Shown: positions 1 to 8,383 of the stretch, piece after piece
Layout: every line of letters starts with the position of its first letter
Position numbering within the stretch: the first letter of the stretch is position 1
Assembly (NCBI GenBank): GCA_031411115.1
Contig: JANOAO010000072.1
Coordinates: 34,112 to 98,111 of the forward strand
Length of the DNA: 64,000 nt
Source of the DNA: Bacteroidota bacterium
GTDB lineage: Bacteria; Bacteroidota; Bacteroidia; Chitinophagales; Chitinophagaceae
Direction: 5' to 3'
The notes under the pieces: model-generated
The model's input: only the letters and a program-made list of their open reading frames with translations
Database searches by the model: none
Told to the model about the DNA's origin: nothing
Program-made: the position numbers and the translations under genes

Positions 1-1
1 T

Positions 2-1096
2 CCTAAAAGATATGCTTTTGCACGTATTGCCGGAATAGTATTAAATGTTTCCGTGGTGATCTTATTCGTAGGAATAATTCCGGCTTCGTTGAAAAAAAAT
101 CCGGATAGTTTTTTATCACTCATTTACAATCCTTCTATTGGTTTGGGATATTATCTGATCGGAAACATTTGCGGAAGCCTGTTTACATTGTTGGTTTTAT
201 CAAAAGAAATCCGGCAAATAAAGTTTCAGTTTGATTTAGGCCTTTGGAAGGAAGTGATGAAATACAGTGCGCCTTTAATCATTGTAGGTTTAGGTGGGAT
301 GGTGAATGATGTGTTGAGCAGACTAATCTACCGTCATGTAGTAGATCTTCCGAAACAACAAGCCGATCATGAATTAGGAATTTTTGCCAATATATTTCGA
401 ATCGCTTTACTGATAACAATTATGATACAGGCTTTTCGTATGGCGGCAGAACCTTTCTTTTTTAATAAAAGTAAAGATGATAATGCAATGCGATCTTATG
501 CACGTGTGATGAAATTTTTTGTGATCGCATGTTGCTTTATGTTTTTATTTATCGCGTTATTTTTAGATATATTCAGATGGATATTTATTCACCTTGCCAA
601 TAAAACCTGGGCAGAAGGGCTGGACGTTGTTCCACTTCTGGCACTTGCAAATATCTTTCTTGGCATCTATTATAATTTGAGTGTGTGGTACAAACTCACC
701 AACAAAAACAGTTATGGTGCTATCATCACCATCTTCGGGGCTGTCATCACTATAGTTTTGAATATTCTTTTAATTCCTGTATTACATTATACGGGTGCAG
801 CACTGGCTACGTTTAGCTGTTATTTATTTATGATGATCGCCAGTTATAAATTAGGAAAGAAACATTATCCGGTTCCATATGCAGTAAAAAAATTAACGGC
901 ATATGTGTTGATTGTGGTGGCAATTTACGGATTGCATTCTCTTATCGTTTATTTATTACCAGATCATCTCTGGATTTCGGTAACAACCGGTTTAATTTTA
1001 TTTTATCTGTTTATGCGATTCATTATGCTGATAGAAGCCAGAGAACTTTCTGCAATGCCCTTTGTAGGAAAATTTATAAAGTTACCTGAATCATAA
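2..1096 (+). CDS. Polysaccharide-biosynthesis/flippase-type polytopic membrane protein (MOP/Wzx-MurJ-like), 5' end outside the window
   Basis: The frame is open from nt 2 with no stop before the listed GTG at 53. The product is very hydrophobic with many TM-like segments. The family call is by general resemblance only. Confidence 0.55.
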   Translation, partial: PKRYAFARIAGIVLNVSVVILFVGIIPASLKKNPDSFLSLIYNPSIGLGYYLIGNICGSLFTLLVLSKEIRQIKFQFDLGLWKEVMKYSAPLIIVGLGGMVNDVLSRLIYRHVVDLPKQQADHELGIFANIFRIALLITIMIQAFRMAAEPFFFNKSKDDNAMRSYARVMKFFVIACCFMFLFIALFLDIFRWIFIHLANKTWAEGLDVVPLLALANIFLGIYYNLSVWYKLTNKNSYGAIITIFGAVITIVLNILLIPVLHYTGAALATFSCYLFMMIASYKLGKKHYPVPYAVKKLTAYVLIVVAIYGLHSLIVYLLPDHLWISVTTGLILFYLFMRFIMLIEARELSAMPFVGKFIKLPES

Positions 1097-1912
1097 AACT
1101 TTCAACATAAGTGCATACAATATTTTAATTTCTGATTCGGATATTTCACCCGTATTTTCTGTTTGCAGATAATGTAAACGGAAAGCCTGCAGGGCCGCAT
1201 TTATATTTGAAATATTATAACCAATAATCTTTAAGGCATGTGAAGTATTAAAAGAGGAAGGAACCGTTATTAAACTGGTATCTCCATACCACAATCCATA
1301 TCCCTGTTCTGCCAAAACCTGCCACGGAAAATATTTACTTGGATCAACTTTTCTCCCAGGAGCAATATCTGCGTGAGCAATAAAATTTGCAGATGGAATA
1401 GCATAATTTTTTTTCAGAGAATTCAATAACGCCAGCAAAGCTTTAATCTGAGCGTCTGAAAAAATTTCAAAACCGTTGTTATCAAGTTCAATTCCGATTG
1501 AAGAAGAATTCACGTCTGTTACATTTCCCCACCTTGCAGCACCGGCATGCCAGGCACGTAAATAATTATTCAGCATGTGATGAACTGTACCGTCTTTGCA
1601 TATTACATAATGTGCACTTACCTGAGATTGATTTTGAGTAAAAGTAAAAAGCGTTTTTTCGCAACTCTCCTGAGCCGTATGATGAATGATAACAAAATTG
1701 GGTTTTCTTAATCCGAAATTTGTTGTGCCGATAAATGCTTTGGATAATATTACCGAATCAGTTGGAAGTTCGTCTGCAGGTATCATCCTCAACTCATTGG
1801 AAAGTCTTTTTGCCTGCTGTTTATATTTCTTGTTGGAAGCATTATAAATGCCTTTGTTGCAATGTGTAGTAAAAAAAATAATGAAAAGTAAAAATATTAA
1901 TCTGCGTTTCAT
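1091..1912 (-). CDS. N-acetylmuramoyl-L-alanine amidase (Amidase_2/AmpD-PGRP fold), lipoprotein
   Basis: Signal/lipobox MKRRLIFLLFIIFFTTHC. Core segment FVIIHHTA...SAHYVI.KDGTV...AWHAG...NSSSIGIELDN is typical of Amidase_2. It overlaps the convergent upstream gene by 6 nt. Confidence 0.8.
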   Translation of the reverse strand: MKRRLIFLLFIIFFTTHCNKGIYNASNKKYKQQAKRLSNELRMIPADELPTDSVILSKAFIGTTNFGLRKPNFVIIHHTAQESCEKTLFTFTQNQSQVSAHYVICKDGTVHHMLNNYLRAWHAGAARWGNVTDVNSSSIGIELDNNGFEIFSDAQIKALLALLNSLKKNYAIPSANFIAHADIAPGRKVDPSKYFPWQVLAEQGYGLWYGDTSLITVPSSFNTSHALKIIGYNISNINAALQAFRLHYLQTENTGEISESEIKILYALMLKVL

Positions 1913-1920
1913 TCTTCAAT

Positions 1921-2391
1921 TTAAGGGCATTTGATGTTTTTAAACAAATGATTGGTTTCAAATTGTAATGCATAAGGATGTTTAAAAAAAGCAGTGTCTC
2001 CACTTACAAACAATTCGCCATACCCTTCTGCAAAATTATCATTGATGTGGAGTAGTCTGATCTGACGGTGAGACACAATTCCTTCCGACATAAATGAATA
2101 CATAACATCCAATGTGTCTTTTAAAACGGTTCCTGAAAATGTTCCTGTATTACGGTCTTTTTCTTTTCGGTTATAATTCAAATCACCGGAAACCCGATCT
2201 CCGCTTACATTCATTTTCATCAATGCTGTATCTTCATTAATGATCAGTTGATAACAACCTGATTTAAGAGCTGTAGATGCAATGGTTAAGTCAACTTTCT
2301 GAGTTTTGTCATTTGGTTTACAGGAAGGATAGGCCAAACATATTGTGCATAGTAGATTAACAGACCAACTTTTACTAAATAAATGCGGCAT
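1921..2391 (-). CDS. Hypothetical lipoprotein
   Basis: 156-aa ORF with a lipobox-like LAYPSC, 8 nt upstream of the amidase on the same strand. No recognisable catalytic motif. Confidence 0.5.
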   Translation of the reverse strand: MPHLFSKSWSVNLLCTICLAYPSCKPNDKTQKVDLTIASTALKSGCYQLIINEDTALMKMNVSGDRVSGDLNYNRKEKDRNTGTFSGTVLKDTLDVMYSFMSEGIVSHRQIRLLHINDNFAEGYGELFVSGDTAFFKHPYALQFETNHLFKNIKCP

Positions 2392-2420
2392 AACGTTTGA
2401 ACTTTTTTGATAAATAATTT

Positions 2421-2708
2421 ATGAAAGATAATAACAATTCGGAAATGGATGCAAACATCACACCTGAGGAAAGGTCTCTGCTTGATGAAAGTATTGAAAA
2501 TAGTTTAACAGGCGAAAATACCAACCTGAAAAAATCTATTCTTGACAATACCGATGAAGATGGCGAGTTACTAAATGAAAACGAATCTGCATTCGACATT
2601 ACTGGTCAAGACCTGGATGTTCCCGGTGCTGAATCTGACGATGCTAATGAAGCCATTGGTGAAGAAGATGAGGAAAATAATTCTTACAGTCTTCCAGATC
2701 AGGATTAA
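2421..2708 (+). CDS. Highly acidic small hypothetical protein
   Basis: 95-aa ORF. My count is about 30 D+E versus 4 K+R. No hydrophobic segment. Divergent from the lipoprotein-amidase pair. Confidence 0.45.
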   Translation: MKDNNNSEMDANITPEERSLLDESIENSLTGENTNLKKSILDNTDEDGELLNENESAFDITGQDLDVPGAESDDANEAIGEEDEENNSYSLPDQD

Positions 2709-2968
2709 TAATTAGCCTCCGGCTTTCCACCTTTCTTATTCACAGACTTTTTAGCAGCAGACTTTTTAATTCAGCATTTGATTTTTTAAAAAGAGTTTTT
2801 GCGCAAAATTTCTCGCTTCAGATAATTCAATGGAAGTCGCCTGTTTTGGATTTAAAACTTTATTTCCGGATTGGGAACAAAGTTTACCTTCTTTAATTTC
2901 TTTCATATTCTCCCTGACTTTTTCGTGTTTTTTTCTAGAATACTAAGCCAGAGATATAGAATGTAATG

Positions 2969-3544
2969 TTAGACAGGAGTAGTAAGTGTTGTACGTTTTG
3001 AATGATGAATTCCTTCTGCAATTTCTTCAATCATTTTTTCATTAAAAGCGGGAAGATCTTTGGGACTTCGGCTGGTGACGAGACCATTATCAACTACCAC
3101 TACCTGATCTTTCCAATTGGCGCCGGCATTGGTAATGTCTGTTTTGATAGAATGATAAGATGTCATTTGCCTTCCGGTAAGCATTTGTGTTTCTATAAGT
3201 AATTGCGGACCATGACAAATAGCCGCAACCGTTTTTTTTGCGGTTAAAAATGATTTTGCAAATTGTATATAGCCTTCTATCGTACGCATTTTATCGGGAT
3301 TAATTACGCCTCCCGGAATAACCAAAGCATCATATTCTTCCATTTTTGCATTATCAATCAGCACATCAACCGGTAATTCTATAGACCAGTGATCATGATT
3401 CCATCCTTTCACTTTATCCTTACTGGAAATGATATGCACTGTTGCACCTGCATTTTCCAAAGCCTCTTTCGGTGAGGTTAATTCAGATTCTTCAAAACCA
3501 TCTTCGGTGATGATGGCAATTTTTTTATTAATAAGTTGTAGCAT
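2969..3544 (-). CDS. DJ-1/PfpI family protein (class I glutamine amidotransferase-like)
   Basis: KIAIITEDGFEESEL...ALVIPGG...AAICHGPQLL nucleophile-elbow Cys motif. Confidence 0.85.
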   Translation of the reverse strand: MLQLINKKIAIITEDGFEESELTSPKEALENAGATVHIISSKDKVKGWNHDHWSIELPVDVLIDNAKMEEYDALVIPGGVINPDKMRTIEGYIQFAKSFLTAKKTVAAICHGPQLLIETQMLTGRQMTSYHSIKTDITNAGANWKDQVVVVDNGLVTSRSPKDLPAFNEKMIEEIAEGIHHSKRTTLTTPV

Positions 3545-3690
3545 GATGATGATTTAGGGATTCAAAGCCCCAAATATCATTCCATCCCTTTACAACTATA
3601 AAGAGAAACGTTGTTGAAATAATTCCCCGTATTTAACCAATAAGCGCTCAACTCATGGCGCATCCTTTGCTCATTTCAAAATAAAATAAA

Positions 3691-4422
3691 ATGCCTGAAG
3701 GTCCTTCGCTGGTCATTTTAAAGGAGGCCGTTTATTCTTTTAAAGGCGCAAAATCCTGAGCGCATCAGGTAATGCGAAATTTGACAAATCAGTATTGATC
3801 CATAAAAAAATTATTGACATTAAAATATCGGGCAAACAAATTTTCATTCAAACTAATAATCATATCATAAGAATTCATTTTTTATTATTTGGTTCCTATA
3901 GCATTGATGAGCATATTAAACCCGACAGATCATTAAGATTGCATTTACGTTTTGCTAAATGTGATATTTATTTTTACACATGTGCTATCCGGTTTATTGA
4001 TAAAAATATGCTGGATGAATATGACTGGGAAGCTGATGTTATGAGTGACAAATGGAATGCAAAAGCGGCGAAAAAAAAATTAATATTTCAACCTGAAATG
4101 TTAGTATGTGATGCGCTGTTAAATCAGGAAATATTTTCAGTTGTAGGAAACATCATCAAAAATGAAGTGTTGTACAGAATTAGAATACATCCTTTATCAA
4201 AAATAGGAAATCTGCCCAGCACCAAATTGATCGTCTAATTAAAGAAGCCGGAACCTATAGTTTTGATTTTCTTGAATGGAAAGTAACATTTGAATTAAGA
4301 AAAACTGGCGGGCGCATACCAGAAAAATCTGCAGCAGATGTAACCTGCCTATCTCAAAAGAATATCTTGGCAAAACCAACCGAAGAACTTTTTTTTGTGA
4401 CAATTGTCAGGTAAAATATTAA
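3691..4422 (+). pseudogene. Nei/Fpg-family DNA glycosylase (endonuclease VIII-like), disrupted by three frameshifts
   Basis: The gene reads in four segments. (1) MPEGPSLVILKEAVYSFKGAKS* (3691-3759). (2) ..KILSASGNAKFDKSVLIHKKIID...GNIIKNEVLYRIRIHP (H2TH) to the stop at 4238. (3) KEAGTYSFDFLEWK... (4) KNWRAHTRKICSRCNLPISKEYLGKTNRRTFFCDNCQVKY* (CxxC-x16-CxxC zinc finger, stop 4420-4422). Each junction needs +1 nt. Confidence 0.75.
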
Positions 4423-4462
4423 TCAGGTATGATTTTATATATATCCAGATAAAATATTTGTT

Positions 4463-4645
4463 ATGGGAATAATTCAAATCATTCTGATCTTAGTTGTAAT
4501 TGGTGTTATACTTTATCTGGTCAACCGTTACATACCTATGGCTTCTTCAATAAAGTCGATTCTGAATATTGTAGTGATCATCTGTGTGATTATCTGGCTT
4601 CTCAAAGTATTTGGAGTATTAGGATCATCAGGTGTACGTTTGTAG
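4463..4645 (+). CDS. Small two-TM membrane protein
   Basis: 60-aa ORF with two hydrophobic helices (IILILVVIGVILYLV / IVVIICVIIWLL). Resembles small conserved membrane proteins. Function unknown. Confidence 0.5.
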   Translation: MGIIQIILILVVIGVILYLVNRYIPMASSIKSILNIVVIICVIIWLLKVFGVLGSSGVRL

Positions 4646-4705
4646 ATTCACATAATATTAGCACCGGATTTATTGTTCATAACAGGCAGTTAAGCATATT
4701 TGACA

Positions 4706-5335
4706 ATGATCCGGTGTATAAAATTATTTTTTTTACTTGTGGTGATGTTTTGCAGCATCCTTTCAACAGCACAGTCGCCATTAGCTTTGTTCAGTAATGA
4801 ATGGAATGATGTTAAGTACGCTAAAGCATTTACTGCGACGCATGTGAAATACATGTCAGATGAGGAAAAGAAGGTTATTCATATCCTGAATTTGATGCGT
4901 TTAAATCCATTACTTTTTTTAAAGTCGGTGGTTATGAAATATCCAAACGTATCGATGAATCCATCATTTGAAAATTCGTCGTATTTTAAATCTCTGATTA
5001 CCACGCTGCAAAATCAACAGCCATTACCGGTATTTACCCCGGATGAAAAATGTTATAACAGTGCAAACTGTCATGCACTAATTTCAGGAACTAAAAGTTA
5101 TGTAGGTCATGACAGATTATCATCAGAATGCAAATCCAGGCAATATTTTTCAGGAGAATGTTGTTCCTATGGTTATTCAACTGCCTTAGATATTGTGTTA
5201 ACCCTATTGATTGATGAAGATGTTCCCAGCCTTGGACATCGATATGCATTATTAGGACCTTATAAAAATTGTGGAGTATCCATTCAGCCACACCGGAAAT
5301 ATGGTTTTAATGCCGTAATTGATTTTCAATATTAA
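4706..5335 (+). CDS. CAP/SCP/PR1-like domain secreted protein
   Basis: Signal peptide ending STAQS. EEKKVIHILNLMRLNP and GHRYALLGP resemble CAP-domain motifs. ATG at 4706 preferred over TTG at 4700. Confidence 0.6.
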   Translation: MIRCIKLFFLLVVMFCSILSTAQSPLALFSNEWNDVKYAKAFTATHVKYMSDEEKKVIHILNLMRLNPLLFLKSVVMKYPNVSMNPSFENSSYFKSLITTLQNQQPLPVFTPDEKCYNSANCHALISGTKSYVGHDRLSSECKSRQYFSGECCSYGYSTALDIVLTLLIDEDVPSLGHRYALLGPYKNCGVSIQPHRKYGFNAVIDFQY

Positions 5336-5366
5336 ATATTGGCTGATTTCTTGAACCGGGAAATTA

Positions 5367-5522
5367 ATGCCTTCAGTTTCTTCCAAAAAAATTAAAGATT
5401 TTAAAGAGGGTGACATTCAGCCGATGCTCGCTACATTAACTAACAAGCCTTTTGATGAGCCGGGTTGGATCATAGACTTGAACAAGGCTGAAAAACGCAT
5501 TCAAACTACTTTCAAAAATTGA
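5367..5522 (+). pseudogene. Relic of an ATP-dependent DNA ligase (LigD-type) ligase-domain N-terminus
   Basis: 51-codon ORF containing QPMLATLTNKPFDEPGWI, the conserved lead-in to the KxDG adenylation motif. The motif itself is missing; the sequence continues IDLNKAEKR and then stops. Confidence 0.45.
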
Positions 5523-5567
5523 ATTTTAATTTATTTTATAAAAAGATGTATCTTTTTATAAATCTAT

Positions 5568-7472
5568 ATGATGAAAAGACTTTATTCATTTCTATTTATT
5601 TTTTTGTGTTTACAGGTTGATGCACAAACTGATTCGGCATGGTTGAAAAATAATTATGTAAAGAAAGAAATGTATATACCGATGCGTGATGGTATAAAAT
5701 TATTTACATCTGTGTACATGCCGGTTAAAGTTAGTTCTGACTTACATCCCATTTTAATAACGAGAACACCCTATTCCTGTGCGCCTTATGGAGAAAATAA
5801 TTTCAGAGATTTTTGGAATTCTTATTTGAATTATTATTTCAGGAATGGATATATTATGGTGATGCAAGATGTACGTGGCAGGTGGATGAGTGAAGGTGAA
5901 TTTAAAGATGTTCGTCCTTTTATTGCTGATAAAAAAAATAAAGAAACTGATGAATCCAGTGACACGTATGATACCATTGACTGGTTACTGAAAAATATTA
6001 CAGGCAACAATGGAAATGTTGGCGTATTTGGTATTTCGTATCCTGGTTTTTATTCAACAATGGCTGCAGCCAGTAACCATCCGGCACTAAAAGCAGTGAG
6101 CCCACAGGCTCCGGTTACAAATTGGTTTATTGGAGATGATTTTCACCACAATGGTGCTTTTTTTCAAATGGATGCATTTGATTTTTATTCACCTCTCGGC
6201 TTCGCATTTGGTGTACCTCATCCTAAACCAACTTCTGAACCTGCACCATCTGCCGGATATCCTATACATGATAATTATAAATTTTTTCTGGAAGCAGGCA
6301 CTCTAAAAAATCTTACAAAATATATGGGTGACAGCATTGCCTTTTGGAAAGATCTTATGGCTCATCCCAATTATGATGCTTACTGGAAAACCCGTGATGC
6401 AAGGAATGCCACTAAAAATTTACAACCAGCCATGCTGTGGGTGGGAGGGCTTTTTGATGCAGAAGATTGTTGGGGAGCATGGAATGCATATAAAGCCGCT
6501 GAAATTAATAATCCAGGCAAAGCGTTTAATAAAATAGTAGAAGGTCCATGGTACCACAATCAATGGGCAAGAAGGGACGGAACACATCACGGAAATATTC
6601 AATTCGGTTCAAATACAAGTGAATACTATCAGCAAAATTTTGAAATTCCATTTTTTGATTACTTTTTGAATGGTAAAGGAGATGTTTCTAAAATTGCAGA
6701 AGCAAATGTTTTTTTAACCGGTGCAAATGAATGGAAATCTTTTACGCAATGGCCTCCTCAAAATATTTCAAATAAAACATTGTATTTCCAGCAGAACGGA
6801 AAATTAAATTCAAATTTACCTGCCAGTTCCGGCAGTTTTAGTAATTATACCAGCGATCCTTCCAGGCCGGTTCCTTATGAGGAACACGTTCATTTTAACA
6901 GGACAAGAAATTACATGTCAAACGATCAGCGTTTTGCCTCACGCAGAACAGATGTACTGGTTTTTCAAACCGAGAATCTCCCTAATGACATCACTGTTAC
7001 TGGAGTTGTTGTAGCCGATCTGATTACTGCTATCTCTACAACCGATGCAGATTTTGTTGTAAAATTAATTGATGTGTATCCGGATGATCTTGGATTTAGT
7101 CAGATAGATATATATGCAGAAGATGATGCAGCCAAAACAACTCAAATGGCAGGTTATCAAATGCTCGTACGTGCAGAAATTTTCAGAGGCAGGTACAGAA
7201 AAAGTTTTGAGAACCCTTCTGCATTTACGCCCGGGAAAAAAGAACAGGTAAAATTTGAATTACCCTCTGTTGCACATACTTTTAAAAAAGGACACCGGAT
7301 TATGATACAAGTACAAAGCAGCTGGTTTCCACTAGCTGACAGAAATCCTCAACAGTTTGTAGATATTTATCATTGTGATCTGAAAGATTTTATTAAAAGT
7401 GATATCAAAATTTATCACGATAAATTAAATGCTTCAAAAATTATATTGCCTGTTTTAAACAACAATAAATAA
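5568..7472 (+). CDS. CocE/NonD family hydrolase (S15 Xaa-Pro dipeptidyl-peptidase-like), secreted
   Basis: Signal peptide. RTPY...GISYPG nucleophile motif. Long C-terminal beta-sandwich ending FELPSVAHTFKKGHRIMIQVQSSWFP, typical of the family. Confidence 0.85.
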   Translation: MMKRLYSFLFIFLCLQVDAQTDSAWLKNNYVKKEMYIPMRDGIKLFTSVYMPVKVSSDLHPILITRTPYSCAPYGENNFRDFWNSYLNYYFRNGYIMVMQDVRGRWMSEGEFKDVRPFIADKKNKETDESSDTYDTIDWLLKNITGNNGNVGVFGISYPGFYSTMAAASNHPALKAVSPQAPVTNWFIGDDFHHNGAFFQMDAFDFYSPLGFAFGVPHPKPTSEPAPSAGYPIHDNYKFFLEAGTLKNLTKYMGDSIAFWKDLMAHPNYDAYWKTRDARNATKNLQPAMLWVGGLFDAEDCWGAWNAYKAAEINNPGKAFNKIVEGPWYHNQWARRDGTHHGNIQFGSNTSEYYQQNFEIPFFDYFLNGKGDVSKIAEANVFLTGANEWKSFTQWPPQNISNKTLYFQQNGKLNSNLPASSGSFSNYTSDPSRPVPYEEHVHFNRTRNYMSNDQRFASRRTDVLVFQTENLPNDITVTGVVVADLITAISTTDADFVVKLIDVYPDDLGFSQIDIYAEDDAAKTTQMAGYQMLVRAEIFRGRYRKSFENPSAFTPGKKEQVKFELPSVAHTFKKGHRIMIQVQSSWFPLADRNPQQFVDIYHCDLKDFIKSDIKIYHDKLNASKIILPVLNNNK

Positions 7473-7475
7473 CGG

Positions 7476-7550
7476 TTACATATTTCTCCTATACTGACCA
7501 CCCACGCTATACAATGCATTGGTGATCTCTCTGAGCGAACAATATTTTAC
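7476..7550. repeat. Direct repeat copy A: duplicate of the last 24 codons plus stop of icmF
   Basis: 72/75 nt identical to 8309-8383 (mismatches at 7477, 7532, 7536). On the minus strand it reads [24 protein letters not shown](TAA). Confidence 0.9.
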
Positions 7551-7656
7551 ATTTGCACGGGTCAAAGTAGAAGGAAATCATTTTAAAGGAGTGTTAGGAA
7601 GGGTATTGATTTGAAAAATGTTTTGAAAAGTATTGAATCAATTTTCAAATAAATTA

Positions 7657-8187
7657 TTAAAACCGATTAGCAATAAACAAATTGTCACATAAAGATATTT
7701 CGGTTTGATAAATATATTCGTGATAAGATGAAAACTCCCATTGATCCTGCTCTTCTACCAAACCAGCTTTAACGGGGTTATGGTGAATATATTCAAAACA
7801 TTGATTAACATAACTATTTCTATTTGAAGAAAATTCATTTACAAGTAATTTGCCTTTTGTTCGCTGTTGAAATAAGTTACCCACTCTGTCTTGTTGTTTA
7901 TTTAATGATTTTGCGTAAGAACTTAATAATAATCTTACACCTTCGCAAAGTATATTTCTTTCGTTACCTGATTTGTCATTTACTTTTAATTCACTTCGAT
8001 CATCAGCGTAAATGAGTAAATGAAAATGATTTGGCATAAGGCACCATGCAACTATCGAACAATGTGGACTAATGTAACGTTTGATTTTAACTATGAAATG
8101 ATAATAATTACTTTTTCTATAAAAAATGGTGCAACGATTAATCCCACGATTATATATATGATAATAATTTCCTGATTCAAATTGCAT
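7657..8187 (-). mobile_element. Y1/HUH transposase, IS200-like / REP-associated tyrosine transposase (RAYT) type
   Basis: YHIYNRG N-terminus, HUH motif PNHFHLLI, and catalytic-Tyr region YIHHNPVKAGLV. 176 aa. No second (tnpB-like) ORF is present. Confidence 0.85.
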
Positions 8188-8208
8188 AAATCAATAATTT
8201 TATGCAAT
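8181..8208 (-). promoter_or_regulatory. Stem-loop occluding the transposase start codon
   Basis: Perfect 10-bp arms attgcataaa (8181-8190) and tttatgcaat (8199-8208) with an 8-nt loop. The ATG (8187-8185) lies inside an arm. Confidence 0.5.
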
Positions 8209-8262
8209 GCTAAATAGAAGGAAATAAAATAGGCATTTATAATTATTTAATAACTACTCTCA

Positions 8263-8284
8263 TCCGACATCTATAGATGTCGGA
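8263..8284. repeat. 22-bp perfect palindrome (REP/IS200-end-like hairpin)
   Basis: tccgacatcta|tagatgtcgga. It lies 76 nt upstream of the transposase ATG and 25 nt downstream of the icmF stop. Confidence 0.8.
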
Positions 8285-8308
8285 CATGTGAATTAGGGAT
8301 TGACTTTA

Positions 8309-8383
8309 TCACATATTTCTCCTATACTGACCACCCACGCTATACAATGCATTGGTGATCTCTCCGAGTGAACAATATTTTAC
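8309..8383. repeat. Direct repeat copy B: the functional 3' end of icmF
   Basis: Partner of 7476-7550. Reads [24 protein letters not shown](TGA). Confidence 0.9.

Noticed and set aside
2766-2906. 46-codon minus-strand ORF (MKEIKEGKLCSQSGNK...) with a Lys-rich stretch in another frame just downstream
   Set aside because: It is too short, I recognise no motif, and the Lys-rich frame is separated by a stop codon. The evidence is insufficient to call a gene or a frameshift.
3691-4422. Explaining the nei frameshifts purely as homopolymer sequencing error
   Set aside because: I cannot exclude it. Still, A8-A9 runs elsewhere (for example 4071-4079, 22016-22024, 5931-5938) are in frame, and three lesions cluster in one gene. 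A real pseudogene seems more likely.
7568-8225. The 11-mer tagaaggaaat occurs at both 7568-7578 and 8215-8225, near the two ends of the transposase cassette
   Set aside because: It could mark element ends. However, a single 11-mer in AT-rich DNA with asymmetric distances to the 75-bp repeats is not enough. I note it only as a lead.
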